A stretch of DNA of 11,011 nt from Nitrospinota bacterium (GCA_046581755.1 JAYGFR010000251.1:1-11011), one strand, 5' to 3'. Positions 1-8,350 are shown, counted from the stretch's first letter. A program made the numbers and translations. Notes: generated from the letters alone by a model not told the origin.

Positions 1-2
1 TC

Positions 3-662
3 CGCGCCTCGGGCCTGCCGCGTGAGGATATTTGGGTCACCACCAAGGTGACCGAGGAGAACGCGAAGGCCGACGACTTCGCGCGCTCGGTAGATACTAG
101 CCTAAAAACGCTCGGCCTCGACTATGTCGATTTACTACTGATCCACTGGCAACAGCCCAAGGTGCCGCTAGAAGAGACGCTCGGCGCGTTGGCCAAAGCC
201 AGGCGCGAGGGGCTGGCGAAAAATATCGGAGTGTCCAACTTCACCGTCTCCCTGCTCGACGAGGCGGTGGACAAATGTCTCGAGCCACTGGTCACCAACC
301 AGATCGAGTATCACGCCTATATCCGCCAGGATAAGGTCATCGCCGCCTGCCGTAAGCATGGCATGCTCGTCACCTGCCACGCGCCACTAGCGCGTGGGGA
401 AGTGCTGAAGGATCCGGTGATCCAGAAGATCGCGAAAGCCCACGGGAAGACGGCCGCGCAGGTCGCGCTCAAATGGCTGATCCAGCAGCTGGATGTTAGC
501 GTCGTACCGCGCGCGCTCGAATTCTCGGAGATTGAGGAAAATATTGACATCTTTGACTTCGAACTCAGCCAGGACGAAATGAACCAGATATCGGCGCTGC
601 GGGACAAGAACGTCCGCATCGTCAATCCGGACGTACGCCGCCCGGTCTGGGACGTGGAGTGA
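3..662 (+). CDS. Aldo/keto reductase (2,5-diketo-D-gluconate reductase-like), 5'-truncated by the window edge
   Basis: The frame is open from position 3 (RASGLPREDIWVTTKV...), so GTG 48 is not the true start. AKR motifs: WVTTKV (catalytic Lys), SLKTLGLDYVDLLLIHW (catalytic His), IGVSNF, NQIEYH, AQVALKWLIQ, ENIDIFDFELS. Confidence 0.95.
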   Translation, partial: RASGLPREDIWVTTKVTEENAKADDFARSVDTSLKTLGLDYVDLLLIHWQQPKVPLEETLGALAKARREGLAKNIGVSNFTVSLLDEAVDKCLEPLVTNQIEYHAYIRQDKVIAACRKHGMLVTCHAPLARGEVLKDPVIQKIAKAHGKTAAQVALKWLIQQLDVSVVPRALEFSEIEENIDIFDFELSQDEMNQISALRDKNVRIVNPDVRRPVWDVE

Positions 663-697
663 TAGAGTCCCCTCCTAACAAACACGGTTCGTTGTCT

Positions 698-727
698 GTC
701 TGCCAGTCGGCACGGCGTCGGGCAGAC
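698..727 (+). terminator. GC-rich hairpin downstream of the AKR gene, possible terminator or RNA-stabilising stem
   Basis: GTCTGCC (698-704) and GGCAGAC (721-727) form a perfect 7-bp inverted repeat 35 nt after the stop codon. There is no U-tract. Confidence 0.25.
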
Positions 728-758
728 CCCGAATGTCACAGGGGATAGCTCTCTAAGA

Positions 759-777
759 TAGTAAATTTGTAATTCGC
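759..777. repeat. Degenerate copy of the intergenic palindromic repeat core
   Basis: TAGTAAATTTGTAATTCGC matches TGGTGAATTAGTAATTCGC at 16/19 positions. Confidence 0.35.
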
Positions 778-810
778 GCCGGGCTAGAATGCCTAGGACT
801 TGTTTAAGAA

Positions 811-835
811 CCTGTGCATTGCGTATTATTTCGCC
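811..835 (+). repeat. Degenerate copy of the intergenic palindromic repeat
   Basis: CCTGTGCATTGCGTATTA matches the consensus CCTGTGCATGGCGAATTA at 16/18 positions. TTCGCC follows after a ~3-nt deletion. Confidence 0.5.
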
Positions 836-901
836 TCCAATGGGTTTGGAACCTAGTTGACCTTATCGTGAAGATGAGATTGAAACATTTCGGAGGCTTT
901 C

Positions 902-2671
902 TTGAGGCGGCTCTTTCCTTACCTACTTGCGCACCGGGCAGCCTATATCACGAGCGGACTTCTTCTGCTGTGCTCAATTCTCTTTGGGGTTTCCATCCCG
1001 TCCCTGCTGAAATACGCAGTTGAAAGTCTCCGACCACCCTTCGACTCTGCTGATGCCTCAGCCCTGGCGGGAATTATCATGCTTTTTGCCCTCATGCGGG
1101 CCATCGTTCGAACGGCCAGCCGGAGGAAGTTCATCGGCCTGAGCCGCGCCATCGAGTATGAGCTACGCAACGACCTGTTTCTCCATCTCCAGAAGCTCCC
1201 ACCCATTTTCTATCAGCGGATGCGCACCGGAGACATCATGAGCCGGGCCGTGAGCGACCTGAATGCTGTGCGCATGGTAGTCGGCCGCGGTCTCCTTAAC
1301 GCCTGTAACGTTCTCCTCATCTTCCCCTTCTGCCTTGGGGCTATGTCGTGGCTGAGTCCTAGACTCACTCTCTACGTCGTGATCCTCTACCCCCTCTGCT
1401 TCCTCGGGGGACGCAGGCTTGTGAATGAGCTTTTTCTAAGGTCGAAGGAACTTCAGGAACGCCAGGCACTTCTGAGCGCCAGGCTCCACGAAAATCTGAC
1501 AGGAGCTGCTGTGGTTCGCGCATACTGCCAGGAGGAGGCTGAGGCGCGCGCCTTCGCTACCCTCAACGACGAGGTTCTTGCCTGCCAAATGTCCCTCTCG
1601 CGCACCCGGGGTTTTTTCTATTCCATCATGACAGCCCTGGGAGGCGCCGGAGTGTTGATCGTCATCTACTTTGGCGGACGCCTCGTCGTGGCGGGGGAGA
1701 TGACTCTTGGCAGCTTCGTTGCCTTTAACGCCTACCTCGTGCTCCTCCTCTGGCCCACCATGGCGTTGAGCTGGGGGCTTAACCTTTTTCAAAGAGGCCT
1801 TGCAGCCATGGGGCGAATCGGGGAACTTCTGGATGAGCCACCCCAAGAGGATAGCTGCGCTCCTGCTGCTCTTACTTTGCCCGTGCGCGGGGCGATTGAG
1901 GTGCGGCGGCTCTCCTATAGCTATCCCCCCCGGCCAAAAGAAAATGAAAATGAAGAGGGCCGAGAGGAAGATAGCGTTGCTCTCTCGGAGGTCTCCTTCA
2001 GGATTGAACCAGGAGAGTGGCTCGCCGTGGTGGGGCCAGTGGGGGCGGGGAAGTCCACCCTCGCGAAACTCTTCCTCCGGCTTCTTTCCCTCCCTTCCAA
2101 CACACTTTTCCTTGATGGTCAGGATGCGTCACAAATGTCCCTCGGGGAGTATCGGCGCGTGGTGGGCTACGTGCCCCAGGATGCCTTCCTGTTCGGGGAC
2201 TCTATCCGGGAGAACGTTCGGTTGGGGGGTGTTGAGCTTGAGGCAGCCGCCCTGGAGGAGGCTGTCCGCCGAGCCTGTCTCGCTCAGGATTTTGACCAGT
2301 TTCCCATGGGTTTTGACACCGTAGTGGGGGAGCGGGGTATCACCTTGTCGGGGGGGCAGCGATCGCGCGTCGCTCTTGCCCGGGCTCTTGTGCGGGATCC
2401 CGCCGTGCTTGTGTTGGACGATACCCTCGCCAGCGTTGACCTCGCGACCGAAGATGCCATCCTCCAGGAACTCAGGGAAGTCCGCGGAAAGAAGACCTGC
2501 ATCCTCATCACTCACCGCACCGCCGTTGCCGCCCGTGCGGATCGCATCGCCGTCCTCTCTCGGGGCAGACTCGTCGGAATGGGGGATCACGCCGATCTCC
2601 TACGAGCAGGGGGGCTCTATGCCGATTTCCACCGCCAACAGGAATTCATCCAGGAACTTGGTGCTCAATGA
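902..2671 (+). CDS. ABC exporter, fused permease/ATP-binding subunit A (MdlA/YheI-like)
   Basis: GGAGG at 892-896 precedes the TTG start. The N-terminal TMD contains FYQRMRTGDIMSR. NBD motifs: Walker A GPVGAGKST, Q-loop YVPQD, signature LSGGQ, degenerate Walker B VLVLDD, H-loop ITHR. Confidence 0.95.
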   Translation: MRRLFPYLLAHRAAYITSGLLLLCSILFGVSIPSLLKYAVESLRPPFDSADASALAGIIMLFALMRAIVRTASRRKFIGLSRAIEYELRNDLFLHLQKLPPIFYQRMRTGDIMSRAVSDLNAVRMVVGRGLLNACNVLLIFPFCLGAMSWLSPRLTLYVVILYPLCFLGGRRLVNELFLRSKELQERQALLSARLHENLTGAAVVRAYCQEEAEARAFATLNDEVLACQMSLSRTRGFFYSIMTALGGAGVLIVIYFGGRLVVAGEMTLGSFVAFNAYLVLLLWPTMALSWGLNLFQRGLAAMGRIGELLDEPPQEDSCAPAALTLPVRGAIEVRRLSYSYPPRPKENENEEGREEDSVALSEVSFRIEPGEWLAVVGPVGAGKSTLAKLFLRLLSLPSNTLFLDGQDASQMSLGEYRRVVGYVPQDAFLFGDSIRENVRLGGVELEAAALEEAVRRACLAQDFDQFPMGFDTVVGERGITLSGGQRSRVALARALVRDPAVLVLDDTLASVDLATEDAILQELREVRGKKTCILITHRTAVAARADRIAVLSRGRLVGMGDHADLLRAGGLYADFHRQQEFIQELGAQ

Positions 2672-4524
2672 GCGCTTATCCCCGCTCCTCCGCCCCCCAC
2701 GAAGGTATACAAAACGACCGCTCCCTTTGGCGTGCGGACCGTGCCTCTCTTCGTTGGCTCGTGCGCCATCTTCTAGAGGAGCGTCTCCTCGTATTCACGA
2801 GTCTGGTCATCCTCGCCCTGGGAACCCTCTTTGGTCTCGCCCAGCCTCTCCTACTCAAGGTGGCCCTGGACGACCACATCATCCCTGGCCGTCTCGATGG
2901 TCTGGAGTGGGTGGCCCTCCTCTTTGCCCTCAGTGTCGCCGGGCAGACAGCGGCCGCATTCGGGGAGACCTGGTTCGTCCAGCTCCTGGGCGGTCGTGTG
3001 GCCTGCACCATCCGGCGGGAAGCCTTTACCCATCTTCAAAAACTTTCGGCCTCCTTCTATGACCGGAACCCGGTGGGGCGTCTCATGACACGTCTGACCG
3101 GGGACGTGGAGGCCATTCAAGAGCTTTTCAGTTCAGGCGTTATCGCGGTCGTCGCCGACCTTTTCACCTTTGCGGGGATCGTTTCCCTTATGCTCTACCT
3201 GAACTGGCGTCTCGCTCTCGTGAGCTTCGCCGTGGTGCCCCCCCTCGTTGCACTGGTGCTTTTTTACCAGGGCCCCGTCCGGGAGGCTTTCCGGGACGTA
3301 CGGGCAAGACTCTCTCGCCTGAACGGCACACTGCAAGAAAACGTGGCCGGGATGGATGTGGTCCAGGTTCACCTTGCCGAAGATGACCGCTTCGCACGCT
3401 TTGACGCCATCAACCGCTCTCATCGGGTGGCATGCCTCCGCTCCATCCGCTACGACGCTATTCTTTACTCTGCGGTAGAGGCAGGTGGTTCAATCGCCGT
3501 TGCCCTCGTAATCTGGCATGGAGCCAGCTCCATCGTGGAAGGTGTGCTCACCCTGGGGGTGCTTGCCGCCTTCATCGAGTACATTGCAAAATTCTTCGCC
3601 CCACTCAGAGACCTCTCTGCAAAATACACTCTGGTTCAGAGTGCTCTTGCATCGACCGAGCGCATCCTCGATCTCATGCGCACACAGCCCGAAATCCAAA
3701 GCCCCCGTAGGCCTGCGCTCCTTCCTCCAGGCGACGGGCACATCATCTTCAAGGGGGTGAGCTTCTCTTATCCTTCCTTCAGAGATGGGAATGGAAAGGA
3801 GACCTTCCATGCGCTACAGAACGTCTCCTTCGAGGTGAAACCGGGGGAGGTAGTGGCTTTGGTGGGGGCTACCGGAGCTGGCAAGAGTACCGTCATCAAG
3901 CTCCTGCACCGGCTTTATGACCTCAGAGAGGGTAGCATCCTGCTTGATGGGGTAGATATTCGCGAACTCGATTTGAAAGACCTCAGGCGTGCGATCGGGG
4001 TGGTAATACAGGACCCGTTTCTCTTCTCCGGGAACGTGGCACGGAACATTTTTCTGGATGAAGAGAGCCTCCCGGAAGAAGAAATGAAGTGGGCGGCAGA
4101 GTTGGTGGGGGCGGACGACTTCGTCCAGCGGCTGCCTGGGGGCTACCGCACCCCCGTCGGAGAACGAGGGGTGAACCTCTCCCAGGGGGAGCGGCAGCTC
4201 ATCGCTCTTGCACGGGTGGTCGCCTACAAACCCCGGGTGCTGGTTCTCGACGAGGCCACCGCAAACGTGGACCCCATCACCGAGGCCCAGATTCAGGCGG
4301 CCTTTGGCCGGATGATAGGGCGTACCACCACTATCGTCGTGGCCCATCGCCTCTCCACCATCCGCCGGGCAGACCGAATCGTGGTCTTCCACAAGGGCGA
4401 AGTTCGTGAGGTTGGCACCCACGAGGGACTCCTTACCCAACACGGCATCTATGAAAAACTCCACTATTTACAGGAAGGGAATGGGAGTTTTAAAGGGCAG
4501 GAGCAAAATGGGAAAAACTTTTAG
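2668..4524 (+). CDS. ABC exporter, fused permease/ATP-binding subunit B (MdlB/YheH-like)
   Basis: ATGA overlap with the upstream gene. The TMD contains FYDRNPVGRLMTRLTGDVE. NBD motifs: Walker A GATGAGKST, Q-loop VIQD, degenerate signature LSQGE, canonical Walker B VLVLDEAT, H-loop VAHRLSTI. Confidence 0.95.
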   Translation: MSAYPRSSAPHEGIQNDRSLWRADRASLRWLVRHLLEERLLVFTSLVILALGTLFGLAQPLLLKVALDDHIIPGRLDGLEWVALLFALSVAGQTAAAFGETWFVQLLGGRVACTIRREAFTHLQKLSASFYDRNPVGRLMTRLTGDVEAIQELFSSGVIAVVADLFTFAGIVSLMLYLNWRLALVSFAVVPPLVALVLFYQGPVREAFRDVRARLSRLNGTLQENVAGMDVVQVHLAEDDRFARFDAINRSHRVACLRSIRYDAILYSAVEAGGSIAVALVIWHGASSIVEGVLTLGVLAAFIEYIAKFFAPLRDLSAKYTLVQSALASTERILDLMRTQPEIQSPRRPALLPPGDGHIIFKGVSFSYPSFRDGNGKETFHALQNVSFEVKPGEVVALVGATGAGKSTVIKLLHRLYDLREGSILLDGVDIRELDLKDLRRAIGVVIQDPFLFSGNVARNIFLDEESLPEEEMKWAAELVGADDFVQRLPGGYRTPVGERGVNLSQGERQLIALARVVAYKPRVLVLDEATANVDPITEAQIQAAFGRMIGRTTTIVVAHRLSTIRRADRIVVFHKGEVREVGTHEGLLTQHGIYEKLHYLQEGNGSFKGQEQNGKNF

Positions 4525-4537
4525 ACCCTTCCGTATA

Positions 4538-4566
4538 CATGGTGAATTTGAAATTTGTCATGCACA
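4538..4566 (-). repeat. Inverted copy of the palindromic repeat, forming a hairpin just after the ABC operon
   Basis: The reverse complement of 4540-4566 (TGTGCATGACAAATTTCAAATTCACCA) matches 4861-4887 at 22/27 positions. CATGGTGAATTT-G-AAATTTGTCATG is self-complementary when G:T pairs are allowed. Confidence 0.65.
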
Positions 4567-4625
4567 CGTACTCATGTGGAATTATCAGGGAAATTGGCCC
4601 TAGATTAGATTCCGCCCCTCGCAAT

Positions 4626-4648
4626 ATTAGTAATTTGCCATGCTCAGG
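4626..4648 (-). repeat. Inverted partial copy of the palindromic repeat
   Basis: The reverse complement CCTGAGCATGGCAAATTACTAAT matches 4859-4881 (CCTGTGCATGGCGAACTACTAAT) at 20/23 positions. Confidence 0.75.
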
Positions 4649-4706
4649 TGAAACATTCTTCGTATCCTTCGCTCTTCGTCCATGGCTCCATATATTTTAT
4701 GAAGAG

Positions 4707-4721
4707 TGGCACAACTATTGC
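4707..4721 (+). promoter_or_regulatory. Putative sigma54 (RpoN) -24/-12 promoter
   Basis: TGGCAC-AACTA-TTGC matches the TGGCAC-N5-TTGC consensus with correct GG-N10-GC spacing, in an AT-rich intergenic region. Confidence 0.55.
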
Positions 4722-4858
4722 CGAAAGATAGGATTGTCCCTAAAAAATGTGACAACCTTATTATGTCCTTATTAATAAAGATGTGAATTTAAATATCCTT
4801 CTAAATAGTAGCTAGGAAGGGGAGAGCTACTGATTTGGTATTAGAAGGGTCAAACTGC

Positions 4859-4941
4859 CCTGTGCATGGCGAACTACTAATTCACCACCCAGAAGATCTG
4901 AAAACGCGTCTGAGGGGTGCGGTGTAGGGTGGCGCGGGTGG
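4859..4941 (+). repeat. Long copy 1 of the intergenic repeat (direct repeat with 9623-9698)
   Basis: 4865-4941 aligns to 9623-9698 with 65/77 identity (11 mismatches, 1 gap). It has an internal palindrome TGGCGAA...TTCACCA and inverted CCACCC...GGGTGG motifs. Confidence 0.9.
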
Positions 4942-4950
4942 ATGAGAGAG

Positions 4951-6504
4951 TCAGGATGAATGGCCCGAGCTTGTGTTTTCCGCTCTGACGAGGATTCCCG
5001 CGGCACCCACGTTGTAGAAACGTCCACCCTCTTCGGGAGAGCGGAACAGCCGCCTGAGCTCCTCATCGGTGGTTCCCGGTTTGTAGAAGTATTCGCTCCG
5101 CTCCGCGCTGAGAGCGGGGCTTGAGATGATCCGCTCGTCGAGGCGCACCCCGGCAATCCGGTCTACCAGCAGCTTGGCCACCCCGGGGGCAAGCTTGAAA
5201 CCGGTCCCGCTCCCGCTTCCCGCGAAAAACAGCGTCCCTCCTGTGCCAGGCACCTCCCCTTCGAAAGGCAGTTCTTCAGGATTCATGATGTAGCTTCCGC
5301 CGGGCACGTCCCGGGGGGAGTTGCCCAGGTCGAGGCCGGACTTGTCGAAGATGGGGAAGTGGTCGCTGTTCTCCAGGAACATGTCGAACAAAGACTGGAT
5401 CACCCCCACTCGCACTTCGCCCGAATCGGTTCGAAGGACGCCTCCTTCGGGCTCGTAGTCGTCAGTGTGGAGCTCGCGGTGGTGGGCTCCCACCGTGACG
5501 CCCTCGCCCTCGGAGGTGAAGTAGAAGTTCCGCCAATGGCTCAGAGCAGGGATGTCGGTGTGGGAAAACGAGGTCTGCCGTACGCGCTCGCCCCCCTCGT
5601 GCTCGACCGTTTCCATACGCTCGTGCGCCGTCTGGCGGAAATCGGTGTCCGGGGTGTTCCGGATGTAGGGCGTCTGGTGGTAGCTGCGGTAGAGGGGCAT
5701 CTCATGTCCAGTGGCTATCTGAACCAGCTTTCTTCCTCCAAGTCCCGCGGCGATAAGGGTGACGTCGCAGGAGAGGGTCTCCTCGGCCACAATCTCCCGT
5801 TTGCCTTCTTCGGGCGAGACATGACGTACGAACTTGCAGCCGACGATCCGCCCGCTGCGCTTTAGAAAATCCATCACGGTGGAGTTGAGCGAAAAGTCCA
5901 CACCGTAGTGGAGGCAGGTGGTGTAGAAGGCCTCAAGCGCTGCGGAGCCGTCGGTGTGGCCTCCGTTTTCGTCTTCGAGCACGTGGGTGATGTCTTCCAG
6001 GTCCACCACCTGGTTCAGGTTGTGGCGCCGCTGCTCGGACTGCCGGGCGAGGTACTCTTTCAGCGGAAGCACTCGGACGCCCGGGATTCCCTGCTTCTCC
6101 GCGTGGGAGGCGATGCGCTCGATCTCTTCCAAGATGTCCGGTGTGGCCCTATTGTTCACCGCGCGGATCCAGCCCTCGGGCAAGAACCCGGCGAACAGAT
6201 CGAAGGGCAGACCCATCGCCTCGCGGGGGGACTGGTAGTAGCGGCGGCTCCACTGGCTCACAACCATGACGTTGGGATCGGAGTAGCACGCGCGGATGAT
6301 CCCGCCCGTGTTCACGGTGATGCACTCGCCCGGGATGGTATTGTCCTCGAGGACGAGGACGCGCTTGCCGGGCCAGCGCTGCTTGAGGAGCAGAGCGGTG
6401 GATAGGCCGTAGATCCCGCCTCCGACCACGCAAAAATCATAGGAAGAATCGGGCAAGGATGCTTCGCGACCATGATAGACCGCACCTTCAATCGGAGGAT
6501 TCAC
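4951..6504 (-). CDS. FAD-dependent oxidoreductase, DAO/sarcosine-oxidase superfamily, enlarged (517 aa)
   Basis: Start reassigned to GTG at 6504, with AAGGGA 6 nt upstream; the 6738 start would overlap the divergent gene. Motifs: Rossmann YDFCVVGGGIYG...VLVLE, NTGGIIR, LIAAG, GSYIMNPE, GSGTGFKLAPGVAKLL. Confidence 0.88.
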   Translation of the reverse strand: MNPPIEGAVYHGREASLPDSSYDFCVVGGGIYGLSTALLLKQRWPGKRVLVLEDNTIPGECITVNTGGIIRACYSDPNVMVVSQWSRRYYQSPREAMGLPFDLFAGFLPEGWIRAVNNRATPDILEEIERIASHAEKQGIPGVRVLPLKEYLARQSEQRRHNLNQVVDLEDITHVLEDENGGHTDGSAALEAFYTTCLHYGVDFSLNSTVMDFLKRSGRIVGCKFVRHVSPEEGKREIVAEETLSCDVTLIAAGLGGRKLVQIATGHEMPLYRSYHQTPYIRNTPDTDFRQTAHERMETVEHEGGERVRQTSFSHTDIPALSHWRNFYFTSEGEGVTVGAHHRELHTDDYEPEGGVLRTDSGEVRVGVIQSLFDMFLENSDHFPIFDKSGLDLGNSPRDVPGGSYIMNPEELPFEGEVPGTGGTLFFAGSGSGTGFKLAPGVAKLLVDRIAGVRLDERIISSPALSAERSEYFYKPGTTDEELRRLFRSPEEGGRFYNVGAAGILVRAENTSSGHSS

Positions 6505-6598
6505 GAAACGTCCCTTACGATGTGTGTTCTCGCACGCGACGCTCGGCGGCGATGAACGGGACCGACACGCGGTTGTGGAGTTCAGTAAGGAATTATAT

Positions 6599-6615
6599 TG
6601 TGATGAATATTCACA
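6599..6615. promoter_or_regulatory. Palindromic candidate operator in the divergent promoter region
   Basis: TGTGA-N7-TCACA overlaps a perfect 10-bp palindrome TGAATATTCA (6604-6613), roughly midway between the starts at 6504 and 6700. Confidence 0.35.
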
Positions 6616-6699
6616 CGTCCAATGAGCCTGCATTGCATTTGTCTCCCTGGGGGGCTGGGCTGGATTTTGAGTGTCTTTCGTTCCGTTAAAGGAGGTGCG

Positions 6700-7782
6700 A
6701 TGAGCCAAAAGGAGTTCCCGCCCGCGGTTAAGCGTCACGACGTCGAGGAGGCCATGCGGTTGACAGGCGCGGACATTTCAACTGTGAAGCAGGCCCTCGA
6801 ACTACATAAGGACTGCCTGGTGTTCGACGCCGTCTCGTTCCCTTACACCCTGGAAGGGGAATATTTCGAGCGGGTGAAGGCCGGCGGCATGGACGCAACC
6901 ATCATGACCGCCGCTTACGAGGACACCTTCGAAAGTGCCTTGATCAAGATCGACGACATCCGCGAGCGGGTGGCCGCCATGCCCGGCGAGGCGGTCATCG
7001 CGGAGGATGTTGAAACCATCCGCAAGGCTAAGAAAGAAGACAAGTACGCCGTGGTCATCGGCTTCCAGGACTCCAAGCCCATCGGGGAGGACCTTTGGAA
7101 GCTGCGCGCCTTCCGCTCGATGGGGCTTCGGGTCGTCCAGCTGACTTACACCGGCGGGAACATGATCGGAGACGGCTGCGGCGAGCGCACGAACCGCGGC
7201 CTCACTTACGCGGGCATGGAGCTCATTTACGAGATGAACCGCATCGGGGTGACGGTGGACACTGGCCACTGCGGGGATCAGACCACCCTCGAGGCCCTCA
7301 CCATGAGCAAGGCGACACCGGTCATCACCCACGCCAACGTTAGGGCCATCTGCGACACCATGCGCAACAAAACCGACGAGGCGCTCGACGCCCTCAAGAC
7401 GCGGGACTCGGTCATCGGTTTCACGCCGCTGCCCGGGTTCGTTGCCAAGAAAAACCCCACCCTGAATGACTACCTCGACCACATCGAGTACGTCATCAAG
7501 CGAAACGGCCCCGGCTCGATCGGGCTGGGCCTGGACTACGTGGAAGGCATGGCAGAATCGGGCCAGATTTTCCCGCCCTCGCAGGTGTGGCGAGAGCGGC
7601 GCCCGGACATCTTCGGCACGGTGGACGACTTTTTCCACACCCCTTACTGCGGGGGGCTTGACAGCGTGGCGAAGCTGCCCAATGTGACGATCGGGATGCT
7701 CGTCCGGGGGTACGATGAGGAGGCCATCCGGGGCCTTCTCGGCGAGAACTGGCTCCGCGTTCTGGCGGAGTCGTGGATCTAG
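6700..7782 (+). CDS. Membrane-dipeptidase (peptidase M19, amidohydrolase superfamily) family protein, 360 aa
   Basis: Start reassigned to ATG 6700 after a strong SD, AAAGGAGGT. Motifs: GLRVVQLTY, GDGCGE, GLT..G..LIYEMNRIG..VDTGH, ITHAN, RNKTDE, GLGLDY, GLLGENWLRVL. Confidence 0.92.
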   Translation: MSQKEFPPAVKRHDVEEAMRLTGADISTVKQALELHKDCLVFDAVSFPYTLEGEYFERVKAGGMDATIMTAAYEDTFESALIKIDDIRERVAAMPGEAVIAEDVETIRKAKKEDKYAVVIGFQDSKPIGEDLWKLRAFRSMGLRVVQLTYTGGNMIGDGCGERTNRGLTYAGMELIYEMNRIGVTVDTGHCGDQTTLEALTMSKATPVITHANVRAICDTMRNKTDEALDALKTRDSVIGFTPLPGFVAKKNPTLNDYLDHIEYVIKRNGPGSIGLGLDYVEGMAESGQIFPPSQVWRERRPDIFGTVDDFFHTPYCGGLDSVAKLPNVTIGMLVRGYDEEAIRGLLGENWLRVLAESWI

Positions 7783-7801
7783 CCTTTACGCTTCAAAGGC
7801 T
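7781..7801. terminator. Short hairpin between convergent genes
   Basis: AGCCTTT-ACGCTTC-AAAGGCT is a 7-bp stem at the convergence of the stops at 7782 and 7817. The stem is weak and the T tail short. Confidence 0.3.
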
Positions 7802-7816
7802 TGGTGGAGAGGGCGT

Positions 7817-8350
7817 TCAGCCGAGTTTCTCCGCCACCTCTCGCGAGAAAACGGGGTAGAGGGCGCAGACGTCGTCAGCGATGGCTTGGATGCACGCGCC
7901 GATCCGGCCCGCTTCGAAGGGGCGGGGCGCGGTGTTGAATTGGTGCTCCCCCAAGCGGCTCATGTCCCGGTAGGTGAGCTCAAGCCGGGTTTCTTTCTTC
8001 CAATCCACCGCCTGCATGAGGGGACCCGTCTCACCCCAGTTGGAGACGCCGGAGTGCGTTCCCACTTGGAAGAGGACTCCGGCGGCCGTCTCGTCCACCA
8101 CGGTTCCGAGGTGGAGGTCCCAGAAGTCCACCCTTCCCGCGAAGCCGAAGGCGATCCACTCGTGCAAGAGGGGTCCGCTCTCATACCCGGGATTGCGGGC
8201 CAGGACCATGTCGCGGTCGCGCACGCTGTTGACGGCGTAGAACCCGGGAAACTGCGCGCCGATGCGCGCCCGCACGGCGGACTCCACACAGCGAAACGCT
8301 TGGTCCAAAAGGACGCGCGCGGTCGACTTTTCGTCGAGACCGAAGGGCAC
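7817..8350 (-). CDS. Hypothetical protein (177 aa from GTG 8350; 183 aa from the alternative ATG 8368)
   Basis: Fills the gap directly downstream of the flavoprotein gene on the same strand. AAGGAG lies 7 nt upstream of GTG 8350. No family motif was recognised. Confidence 0.75.
   Translation of the reverse strand: MPFGLDEKSTARVLLDQAFRCVESAVRARIGAQFPGFYAVNSVRDRDMVLARNPGYESGPLLHEWIAFGFAGRVDFWDLHLGTVVDETAAGVLFQVGTHSGVSNWGETGPLMQAVDWKKETRLELTYRDMSRLGEHQFNTAPRPFEAGRIGACIQAIADDVCALYPVFSREVAEKLG

Noticed and set aside
673..730. TCCTAAC after the AKR stop as an integron attC inverse core
   Set aside because: I found no matching GTTAGG-type core or L-box symmetry downstream, and the flanking genes are not cassette-like.
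4539..4775. 78-aa ORF in the spacer after the ABC pair
   Set aside because: It runs through two repeat copies and the sigma54 motif, has no SD, and has no recognisable protein features.
6599..6615. Canonical CRP site
   Set aside because: The spacer between TGTGA and TCACA is 7 nt rather than 6, so it is kept only as a generic palindrome.
6505..6738. Long N-terminal extensions given by the ORF track (starts at 6738 on minus and 6622 on plus)
   Set aside because: They overlap head-to-head, look non-protein-like, and better SD-supported starts exist at 6504 and 6700.
6802..7638. 278-aa antisense ORF and similar shadow ORFs (3814-4464, 5359-5865, 7715-8380, 9009-9638, 10394-10882)
   Set aside because: They lie opposite well-supported genes, lack recognisable motifs, and are expected in GC-rich coding DNA.
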